This document shows positions 39,139-47,800 of a DNA stretch of 61,923 nt, one piece after another. Made by a program: the position numbers and the translations under genes. The notes under the pieces are model-generated. The model was not told the DNA's origin, did not search any database, and saw only the letters and a list, made by a program, of their open reading frames with translations. This DNA comes from a virus (taxonomy: Duplodnaviria; Caudoviricetes). How positions within the stretch are numbered: the stretch's first letter is position 1; each line of letters begins with the position of its first letter. Where the stretch lies: positions 1 through 61,923 of IMG/VR virus record IMGVR_UViG_3300028284_000458; one strand, written 5' to 3'.

Positions 39139-40076
39139 AAACCTTTTAATTTTTGTGATATAATATCACTAAATCCTGTTTGTTTGGATTCTTTTAATTT
39201 ACTATTGACTTCTGAGAATCCCATATCAGATGCATCTTTACCTGTTGGGATAATGTTTTTTGTTTTAATACCTTGATTGGTAAATTGCATTGTATAATGT
39301 AATGCCTGTCCTTGGGCATCTTCATCTAGAAATATATTTATAGATTTTACTCCTTTTTTATATATATTTTCATTTAGTTTTTTTGGTATAAACTTACCAA
39401 GTATAGGAATTGCATTACGTTTAACTGCCATCGCATCAAATACCCCTTCTACTAAGGTTATAGGCTCATCCCAATTGATTTGGTTTTCAAACATTATAAC
39501 ATTCTTAGAAACAGGTGGATTTTTATATTTAAATGATTCATCAGGAAATACCGAACGTGCAATAAAGTAATTAATCCTATTATCAGAATCATACGATGGT
39601 ATGATAATACGACCTGCATAGTGTCCCCCATCACAATAACCAATGTTATATCTTCTAATATCTTCTGTGGTAAGATTACGTTGTTTTGCGTATTCAACTA
39701 CCCTCTTAAATGTAGGATTAAATCCATCTGGTACTTTTAGTAGTGATTTAAATTCACTAGGTAACCTAAGTTCTACCTTTTCTTCTTCGGATTCTTTAGA
39801 GTAAACTACATAATCATCTCCATAGATTTCATATATTTTCTTTAACTTATGTGTATTTACATTAAGTCTTTTTAATAATCTTTGTATTCGTTTTCCTTTT
39901 GCATCACATACCCAACAATGCCATTGTTGTGTCTTTAAGTTAATTTGTAATTTTTTCTTATGATGATGACAAAATGGACAATGATGAGCTTGTTCATCGT
40001 TTTTCATAGATGTACCAATCCCCAAAGTATCATTTAATATATTAATAACCTCTTGTCTTTCGTGGTGTGAAAGCAT
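39135..40076 (-). CDS. DNA primase (Zn-finger + TOPRIM)
   Basis: CPFC...HCWVC, GRIIIP, KYKNP, EGVFDA, LDED. Confidence 0.88.
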   Translation of the reverse strand: MLSHHERQEVINILNDTLGIGTSMKNDEQAHHCPFCHHHKKKLQINLKTQQWHCWVCDAKGKRIQRLLKRLNVNTHKLKKIYEIYGDDYVVYSKESEEEKVELRLPSEFKSLLKVPDGFNPTFKRVVEYAKQRNLTTEDIRRYNIGYCDGGHYAGRIIIPSYDSDNRINYFIARSVFPDESFKYKNPPVSKNVIMFENQINWDEPITLVEGVFDAMAVKRNAIPILGKFIPKKLNENIYKKGVKSINIFLDEDAQGQALHYTMQFTNQGIKTKNIIPTGKDASDMGFSEVNSKLKESKQTGFSDIISQKLKGL

Positions 40077-40096
40077 ATTTACACTTTTTATTAAAA

Positions 40097-40135
40097 CAAA
40101 TATACGAAATTAAATCCACATATCCAAGTCTTTTC
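40097..40135 (-). promoter_or_regulatory. Bacteroidota-type sigma-70 promoter (-33 TTG / -7 TATATTTG) upstream of primase; copy 1 of a ~39-bp direct repeat
   Basis: Minus strand reads GAAAAGAC-TTG-gatatgtggatttaatttcg-TATATTTG (20-nt spacer). Confidence 0.7.
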
Positions 40136-40145
40136 TTGATTATTT

Positions 40146-40313
40146 TTACATCCAAACTGGCATATTATGATTATCACAAATCCATACGCTATCTTTACCC
40201 CATAAAGGAATTTGTTTATCTACACTTTTCTGTGCTACTGAATAATCATCAGTATCCGTTATATGGATGTATGTACCACTTTTAGGTGTTACTACTTTTA
40301 CTGTGTATCGCAT
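40146..40313 (-). CDS. Small hypothetical protein (55 aa) between the two promoter repeats
   Basis: Manual translation MRYTVKVVTPKSGTYIHITDTDDYSVAQKSVDKQIPLWGKDSVWICDNHNMPVWM*. Confidence 0.6.
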   Translation of the reverse strand: MRYTVKVVTPKSGTYIHITDTDDYSVAQKSVDKQIPLWGKDSVWICDNHNMPVWM

Positions 40314-40341
40314 AATTTTACGTTTTAAGTTATTTACATAG

Positions 40342-40380
40342 TAAATATACGAAATTAATTTGATATATCCAAGTCTTTTC
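40342..40380 (-). promoter_or_regulatory. Copy 2 of the promoter repeat (-33 TTG / -7 TATATTTA)
   Basis: Minus strand reads GAAAAGAC-TTG-gatatatcaaattaatttcg-TATATTTA. Confidence 0.65.
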
Positions 40381-40819
40381 TGAAAAACTTTCCTAATAGG
40401 TTATCGTTTAGTGATAATTCATCAGCTAATACATTATGTGAAAACTGTTCTTGTAACTCATAATAAGTTAAAGATTTCTTATTTGAACAAAATTTAAGTA
40501 TTTTTAATTCAAGTCTATCATTAGAAGTTGGATTCGGTCTTCCACCTTTATCAAACCAACCACTAACGGTTTTGTTTGAAGAACGATAATCTACCCAATT
40601 GGATTCTTTAGTAACCATTTCATAACGCTTCATTCTTTTATCAGTTAATGCAGCAGTTTCCTTTTTACCAAACTTTCTCTTACGAGTAGATTGTACTTGT
40701 TTTTTACCGATGTAATATTCACCAGTTAATCCATTTGTTATTTTGTATATAAACCCATGCGTACCTTCTGGCATATCATGTAGTTCATTTATTACTCTAC
40801 CTTGGTAAGTCCATGTCAT
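40355..40819 (-). CDS. GIY-YIG-like endonuclease
   Basis: GFIYKITN...YYIGKK, ESNW.xY.SS, C-terminal NDNLLGKF; start at MTWTY. Confidence 0.7.
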   Translation of the reverse strand: MTWTYQGRVINELHDMPEGTHGFIYKITNGLTGEYYIGKKQVQSTRKRKFGKKETAALTDKRMKRYEMVTKESNWVDYRSSNKTVSGWFDKGGRPNPTSNDRLELKILKFCSNKKSLTYYELQEQFSHNVLADELSLNDNLLGKFFRKDLDISN

Positions 40820-41375
40820 AGTTAAAAATTTTGAAATCATCTAGATACCTTTCTTTTACCCAATCAATCATCCACTCTTCTGTAAAGAAATTATTGTAAT
40901 ATTTTTCTTGATTTAAAGTAGGATGAGTATCGTAAATTGGATTACGGTTAAGATGCGGAATAGTTGAAGTACAATTTATTTTATTTAATATTTGTGTTAC
41001 ATCGTTCCCATAATTTTCATAATAGGCTACGTATGATATTTTTCTGTTTTTCGTCTTTCCTGCATTAATATAGTAACTTTGGGGAAGTATCCATTGATGG
41101 AATGGATTAGAATTTTTTAAAAACTCACCGAATGTATAGTTGTGTGTTTTTTTTCTAAGTTCATGGTTATATGCCGATGCAATTCGTGTGTATGGATTTC
41201 TTACAATTGTAAAAATGTAATAATCAGATACATCATCAACCCATCTAATAGAATCGTGACCTGTGATTTGATTCGTACCACCTATGTTTCGTATGATAGA
41301 AGATAATGATGTTCCACCAGTTTTAGGTATATGAATAAATGCCCATTTTTCAGAACTATTTATCAGTAAACTCAA
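40797..41375 (-). CDS. Sulfotransferase family 2 protein
   Basis: FIHIPKTGGTS (5'-PSB), VRNPYxRxxSAY (3'-PB), Y..DF..F.Y tail. Confidence 0.85.
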   Translation of the reverse strand: MSLLINSSEKWAFIHIPKTGGTSLSSIIRNIGGTNQITGHDSIRWVDDVSDYYIFTIVRNPYTRIASAYNHELRKKTHNYTFGEFLKNSNPFHQWILPQSYYINAGKTKNRKISYVAYYENYGNDVTQILNKINCTSTIPHLNRNPIYDTHPTLNQEKYYNNFFTEEWMIDWVKERYLDDFKIFNYDMDLPR

Positions 41376-41384
41376 GTTGTTGGT

Positions 41385-41567
41385 TTATCGTTCTACTGAG
41401 TCAGAATATCTTGTTTGGTTTAATTTACCACCACGAGCCGTTGCTAACGCTTTATCGTCTTTATGTAGTTTATTAACCATATCAGCTGAAGTTGGAGTTT
41501 TATCCGCCTTCGAACCATTCAATTTTGCAAATTCTGATTTGCTGTACAAGTCTTGTATTGATGCCAT
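41385..41567 (-). CDS. Small hypothetical protein (60 aa)
   Basis: ORF with upstream ATATTTATA at 41614-41622. Confidence 0.65.
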   Translation of the reverse strand: MASIQDLYSKSEFAKLNGSKADKTPTSADMVNKLHKDDKALATARGGKLNQTRYSDSVER

Positions 41568-41613
41568 AATATTATTTTTCTTTTTATTTTTAAGATATAT
41601 TAAAACCTTCCCA

Positions 41614-41622
41614 TATAAATAT
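41614..41622 (-). promoter_or_regulatory. ATATTTATA candidate late promoter
   Basis: Intergenic motif. Confidence 0.55.
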
Positions 41623-41656
41623 GGTGAATTAATAAAAACGTTTTTGTATTTAATTA

Positions 41657-42811
41657 TTAAGTATCTAGTCTAACTAAGAAATTGATATCATAATCAGGTA
41701 GATTCTTTATTGGTTGTGGTAACTTTGCTACTGCAATCATATCACCATCTTGATCATAAATACCAATGGTTGATATAAAAGGTGCTAAATATGAACCTGT
41801 TGGGTCGTATGATGCAGATGCATCGTAATCATCCCATGAGCCACTTATTGATGGATTATATGAACCACTAATATATTGGGATTTGTAGATATCATCAATT
41901 ACTGTTATTTTCTGTGATCCTGAAACTATTCCGGTATCTGGTGTTATTTCAGTTTCGTATGAACCACTAATTTCCATAGTTACTGCCGATGGAGATTGTG
42001 AAACGTTAAACTCCCCTGCTTTGGCTGAAAGTAATATTTCTAATTCACTAATAGTTTTAGTTGATTTAAAATCTAATGTATAACTACTCATTTGTGTTGC
42101 AGTATCGTTGAGTATAACCAATCCTTCGGAGTATATCACATTACCAAATCGTAATTGATCAATATCTTGTCCATCAAACTCTAGTGCAACTTCAAATTGA
42201 ATAGTACCCTCTTCAAAATCTATATTCATTACATAGATAGTATCAGTATCACTACCAAATGTCATCTTTACAAGTCCTGATTCCATATCCATTGCCGATA
42301 CACCAGGTGATGAAAATAATGTTCCTGTAAATATTTCTCCTTCCGAATCTACTATAGTAATTTCATTAGTTTCAAAATCAATATTTGTTAATACATATTT
42401 TGCATATCTAGAAGTTAGGTTTCCAAAACCATCATCTGTATAATCAGTTTCATTTGTTAAATCCTTTAAAATAATAGATTTTGGTTTTATACCTTCTCCA
42501 TATTTTTTCTGAGGTATTGTAATTACATATCCTGTTGTACCAATTACTCTTTCTTGGCGTTCACCAATATTTTCCATAACACCATGTAACAATAATGGAT
42601 TGGATATCTCATCATAGTATTTAGATTTTATAGATTTAAATAAAGGATATGTATATAATCCATTCTGTTGAATAGCGGTTTTTTTATCGAACGCTCCTTC
42701 AGTAGTGAATGAACCCGATATTATGGGATATTCATCACTCGAAACTGTCCAAGCTTTATTAACTTGAAATGCCCGTTTGGAAATACTTGATTTTGGTATT
42801 GTCTTTAACAT
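41657..42811 (-). CDS. Virion structural protein (tail-collar/baseplate-associated)
   Basis: C-terminal ISTIGIYDQDGDMIAVAKLPQPIK..INFLVRLD, shared with the neighbouring gene and similar to tail-collar fibre C-terminal motifs. Confidence 0.65.
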   Translation of the reverse strand: MLKTIPKSSISKRAFQVNKAWTVSSDEYPIISGSFTTEGAFDKKTAIQQNGLYTYPLFKSIKSKYYDEISNPLLLHGVMENIGERQERVIGTTGYVITIPQKKYGEGIKPKSIILKDLTNETDYTDDGFGNLTSRYAKYVLTNIDFETNEITIVDSEGEIFTGTLFSSPGVSAMDMESGLVKMTFGSDTDTIYVMNIDFEEGTIQFEVALEFDGQDIDQLRFGNVIYSEGLVILNDTATQMSSYTLDFKSTKTISELEILLSAKAGEFNVSQSPSAVTMEISGSYETEITPDTGIVSGSQKITVIDDIYKSQYISGSYNPSISGSWDDYDASASYDPTGSYLAPFISTIGIYDQDGDMIAVAKLPQPIKNLPDYDINFLVRLDT

Positions 42812-42829
42812 ATGGTTTTAACTCCTCTA

Positions 42830-42838
42830 TATAAATAT
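42830..42838 (-). promoter_or_regulatory. ATATTTATA candidate late promoter followed by a GAGGAG RBS
   Basis: Minus strand reads ATATTTATATAGAGGAGTTAAAACCATATG. Confidence 0.6.
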
Positions 42839-42846
42839 ACTAAAAC

Positions 42847-42880
42847 AAAAAACCTCACTTTGTGGGGTGAGGCTTTTCTT
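42847..42880 (-). terminator. Rho-independent terminator
   Basis: CCTCAC...GTGAGG stem followed by a U-tract on the minus strand, downstream of the 42902 stop. Confidence 0.75.
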
Positions 42881-42901
42881 TGATTAGGGGGTTACTAGTT
42901 T

Positions 42902-44125
42902 TTAGAAATCTAATTTAACTTTTATCAATACTTCTTTATCATATGATTTAGGAATCGGTTGTGATGTTTTAGCCACCGCAATTATTTCATTTGCATCATT
43001 CATCAATCCAATTGTTGTAATAAACGTTCTTGGGTCTTTTTCAAATGTTGGTTCAACAAATGAATTATCAGAACCAGTTACGAATGTAGGATTGTTTGAG
43101 AAGTTAAATTCTCTGTTTGTTGCTCTTACAAAGTAATGTGATGTAGAAACGTTTTCTGTTCTTCTTGCTTGGAAATCATTTCCACCTTTAATAGCGTTGT
43201 GTAATAAGAAGTGATTTTGTCCTTCATATGCAGTTCCTGCGTAAAGACCAGCTCCACTATTTGAACCACTATCTATTGATGTTCCAATTAAGGAATGTAC
43301 AGCAGATGGGTTAAGTAGTACTAATCCTTGGTCTGGATAAAATCTACCCAATCCAGCTCCATTTGAAGCAGTTATAGAGTTAATTGTTGCTTCGTTTTCA
43401 GTTCCTAAATTAAGTGAACCACTTGCTACATTAAATACTCTACCTGATTTTCCAACATCATCTGAAAATTTCTTACCACTATCATCAATTAAAGTGTGTG
43501 TTCCTGTAGAACCACTTAAAATTAGTGACCAGTTTCCTGCATCCATTTTCTCTTTGTAACGGGCACGAGCTACATTAAGTACATAGATATCATTTGTGTT
43601 TGTTTCAGCACCAAGACTATCTGTGAATGTGAAAAACTCTTCACCTGCATCTAGTAATATAGATTTATATTGTGCGTAAGTTGCTTTACTTGCTAACGTT
43701 GATGAATCGGAAGTTGTTAAATCAACCGAACCACTTGCGTATTTATGTCCATATGCAATCGCATATTGTACAGCTGCTCCTGCATCAGTTGCCGGATCCT
43801 TATCATATACATTAACATAGTAGTTTTTACTTGCCTCTGTTTGTGTAGATGATGTATGGAAAGATTCTAAACTTCCTGTATCTCCACTCCAAAGACCAGT
43901 TGTTACAACTTCTATCTTTCCGTTTACTTGATCAAATTCACCAAATCTTTTATAGATACCATTGGAGATAGAACCTCCAGTTGCACCTAATTTATCTCCA
44001 CCCGAAAGGTATTGATTGGTGATTTTCATTATTTGCTCAGAGGTCAAATTACCTTGATTAGCATCTAGATAGTTTGCTAATTCCTGTGATAAATTTGTTC
44101 CAGCTTGTCCGTTTATTTGTGCCAT
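42902..44125 (-). CDS. Virion structural protein (tail/baseplate-associated)
   Basis: S/G/T-rich; C-terminal ITTIGLMNDANEIIAVAKTSQPIPK..IKVKLDF; lies in the baseplate module. Confidence 0.7.
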   Translation of the reverse strand: MAQINGQAGTNLSQELANYLDANQGNLTSEQIMKITNQYLSGGDKLGATGGSISNGIYKRFGEFDQVNGKIEVVTTGLWSGDTGSLESFHTSSTQTEASKNYYVNVYDKDPATDAGAAVQYAIAYGHKYASGSVDLTTSDSSTLASKATYAQYKSILLDAGEEFFTFTDSLGAETNTNDIYVLNVARARYKEKMDAGNWSLILSGSTGTHTLIDDSGKKFSDDVGKSGRVFNVASGSLNLGTENEATINSITASNGAGLGRFYPDQGLVLLNPSAVHSLIGTSIDSGSNSGAGLYAGTAYEGQNHFLLHNAIKGGNDFQARRTENVSTSHYFVRATNREFNFSNNPTFVTGSDNSFVEPTFEKDPRTFITTIGLMNDANEIIAVAKTSQPIPKSYDKEVLIKVKLDF

Positions 44126-44159
44126 GTTTCTTTTTTCTCTCTATTAGTTTATTTTACTA

Positions 44160-44816
44160 TTAACTACCAAGGTTAGCTTCATTTCTTATAAAACGTTTCT
44201 TTTGGATTACTTGTACTGGTATAGTTTGTGAACCACCCGTTTCGTTTCCATAGATAGTAATGGTTGTCTTGATGCTTTGTGTTAAGTTTGGATTTGGGAT
44301 AAAAACAAAATTTAATCCTGTTTCAATAGCTGCGGTTGCAGTTAGTTCATCACCCAAAAATGTTGGTGTTGTTCCTTCTCCAGCTGCTAATCCTTGTCCA
44401 ACTATAGAACCTGCGTTCTTGTTAGCTAATATCATAGTATACCCAGCTTGTGTATTTCCACTAGGTGAGGTTGTTGGAGAAAGTGCTACTTTACCAGAAT
44501 CAGGAGAAACTCTTAAACTCGGAATTCCAAATTCTACTTTTGGAATCTTAACTGTTCCTTTTGGTAATGTTACTAATTTATATTTTAATACCTGTGTTTC
44601 ATCAGGTGATGCTTCTGTAATTGGAATTGCTTTGATAGCTGCATCATAATAAGCACTACCCTTTGGATGTGCTGGTTCATATAATGTGTAATCTATCTCA
44701 TCATCACCCAAGGCGAATTTTGAGATACTAAGTCCTTCACCAGCCGCTAGCTTTTCTCTACCTTTTTTGGTTAAGATAGCATCTACTGTTATTTCTGCGT
44801 TATTTAAATAAGCCAT
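44160..44816 (-). CDS. Virion structural protein with tail-collar-fibre-like N-terminus
   Basis: AILTKKGREKLAAG...ISKFALGD resembles the P2 gpH/tail-collar N-terminal motif. Confidence 0.65.
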   Translation of the reverse strand: MAYLNNAEITVDAILTKKGREKLAAGEGLSISKFALGDDEIDYTLYEPAHPKGSAYYDAAIKAIPITEASPDETQVLKYKLVTLPKGTVKIPKVEFGIPSLRVSPDSGKVALSPTTSPSGNTQAGYTMILANKNAGSIVGQGLAAGEGTTPTFLGDELTATAAIETGLNFVFIPNPNLTQSIKTTITIYGNETGGSQTIPVQVIQKKRFIRNEANLGS

Positions 44817-44844
44817 AATGTAATTTTCCCTTTGTTATTCAATA

Positions 44845-44853
44845 TATAAATAT
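44845..44853 (-). promoter_or_regulatory. ATATTTATA candidate late promoter
   Basis: 28 nt upstream of ATG 44816. Confidence 0.6.
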
Positions 44854-44897
44854 AAGGATTTAATAAAATACCATAATTTATAAATTATTTTTTGTTA

Positions 44898-47800
44898 TTA
44901 ATCAACTTCTAATATTGGTTCACCACTTCCTCTACCACTATCAGATACTCTTAATGTATTTGGATTAGTTGTAAACGTTTGTACAGGAGAACCACCATCT
45001 AAAGTAGTTTTACTTGTTTGTTTAGAACCATTTGAGAATGAATTTTCCAATCCACTTGTTAAATCTCCAACGTTTCTGTAGTGATATGGTACGTAACCAT
45101 TTAATGGTACAACACTAACGATGTTATCACCTGTAATTGAACCTGAATCTGAAAAGTTTCTAAAACTTATCTTTTTTCTTTCGAATGTTTGTGTTACGAA
45201 ATGTCTTCCCATCGATGAATCTGATGAATTTATATTTTCTGGAACTTCTACTGTATAGCTTTCTGTTACAACATCAACCCTTTTTCTTACTTTGTAGAAA
45301 TTATTATCGTTATCTATTTTAGTAATAATAGCATGTCCATTTTGTCCATACAATCCAAATCCAGCTACTGTTAATGAATCTGGTTCCATACCAATTTGAT
45401 TGAATACATCCCCATCATACTCACCTTGAACAGAACCAGTAACTGCTGCATCTACTATAAATGAAATACCTCCCATATCAGAACCACTATTTATTGTAAC
45501 AAATCCTTGTTCGTTTGTTAAGTTGTTTATATTCAATGTAGCATTTATAACTTTATTCGAACCTACTAACTTAGTTGAATCTGTTGAATCTATGAATCCA
45601 TTAAAATCGGTTTTATCACCTTTCAGTTTGGTATCATCTTGTGCAGATAATTTACCTGATATAACATTATCCGCAGATGTAATAGTGTGTTCTACCTTCA
45701 CCTCTCCTGCGTGGTTGTTGGGTGATGCCGTTGCAGGTCTTTGTTCTATCTTACTTCTTTCAAGAATGTGAGGTGAAATTAATATACCAGTTGCAACCTT
45801 TGCTCTTGCTGGTACTAAAGATTCCAACACATCAAATAAAGATTTATCTATATATCTAACCAATTGGATATATTCACCAATATTTAAGTTATATCTTTCA
45901 AAATAATAATTTCTTAATTTAGATAATTCACCATACTCTTGCTTAAACGCATCACCAGGATCTCCAATGTAATTATCTATTTCAAAACCACCAAGGGATT
46001 TCATAATATCTAAATTAATTTCTTTGGTAGGTGAGAAAAATAATCCTAATTTATCAGAATCAAGTGGTGCTTGGTCTAATGATTTTTTAGTAGCTCTACT
46101 TCTGTATGATAAATCTGTTATTTTAGTTTGGGTTTCAAATCTTACTTTGTTACCAGGTGCAAATCCACTAGATGGTACTTCTGCCGTTACATTTCTATCA
46201 TACACAACATATTGATGTGGATAATCTGTAATTGATGTAAAGTTAGAAGCAGTTGCAAATGAACTATATGTTGTATCTATTGAAACATTCTTAATAGATG
46301 TATCTCCACTCGAACTTCTATCCTTTGGGTATTCAAAATCTAATCTAAACAACAAATCGTCAGTAGATGATGATATGTGATTTCCATTAATAGATTCTGG
46401 TAATAATGTATGGTTTTTAATTACAGATTCACTCAAAGGAGCTGACCATAATCTAAATTCATCAATAGAACCTGTTAAAGTAGAACCACCAATTGTTAAT
46501 ACATTTCCAGATTCCCATCCGTTACTTGCAGTTGGAACTGTAAATGTACTAAAAGTACTATTTCTTATTCGTCCATCCAACCCTTCTTTTAAATAAACAG
46601 TATAGGTATCATCTACACTTCCAATACTTCCTGTTATTCTATTGATTGCTATTTGTGTATATTCATCATTAAAGAATGAAACTTGTTCCGTTGAAGATGA
46701 TACATAAGTACCATTACTTAATATGTTAAAGGTTAATTTAGCAAGTGAACCAGATTCTGGATAATCTATATTAAGATTCCATCCTGTTGCAGTTACTAAT
46801 CTTTGGTCTTTTTTCTGGTCTGTGTTTATTCTAAACTCTATACAATCAGGATATTTTTCTTTATGAGATTTCCATGGTACTATTATAGAATCACTTCCTG
46901 TAATATTAATTGCAGATGTTCTATCCTCGTATGTAAATGTACTCGTTCCATTTCCAGGCTGTGGTCCACCAAACTCCATCACAGTCAACATCGATTGTGG
47001 TATTCCGTAACAACTTAATGCCGCGGATATTGCTCTTCGTGTACCTTTGTTTTTATGTAAATATGGTAAGTTATTAAGTAATCTTCTCCAAATTTCATTT
47101 TGTCTTTCCTTACCACTCATTGCGGTTGCAGTAGAACCATCTGAATTCTTACCAAATGCATATTCCCAAAGTGTTTGAGATTGTGCACCCATATCAGCAT
47201 CCCATCCTAGGGATTCTAACATGTGATAAATTAACTTATCATTAATTCCGTTTTCAAACTTATGTTCTAATTGTTTTGTTTGAGATATTCCCTTTATATG
47301 TAACCACAACACATCAAAGTGTTGTCCTACCATATCAAAGAATAATGGGAAAGTAGATCCTTCTGGATCATTTTTTATATGTAGTGGTAGATTATTAACT
47401 AACCTAGAACTATTATCTGCATCGAAATTAGAAGCACTTGTAATTGTATCTTCGTACCATTTTAACACACTTTGATGTGATGATGCTGATAATTCATTTT
47501 GTCCTGCTCCTGGATATGTAATATTGCTTATCGATGAACTTGTGAATAAGAATTTTTCAAAAGAATCAAATCCTTTCTTCACATCATTTATCTTACCAAG
47601 TGTTCGTTGTGCTTCATTCCTTACTGCAACTGAACTAGTAACCCCTCCTATAAGATTACCCGTTGTTCCTCCAAAGTTAATAGAACTTCCTGATACCAAT
47701 CCATCATATCTTTCCTCATATGATTGAATTAGTTTAACTTTATAAACAAAATTTTCTACCCTTTCTTCAGCAGATGAATATTTTACAAAGTTTTTAAAAT

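Noticed and set aside
35980-40076. Giant eukaryotic virus (NCLDV) origin, suggested by the Mre11-Rad50 fusion and glycosylation genes
   Set aside because: gp25, gp6 and gp5-like baseplate genes, a CHAP hydrolase, overlapping operons and bacterial promoters/terminators indicate a bacteriophage
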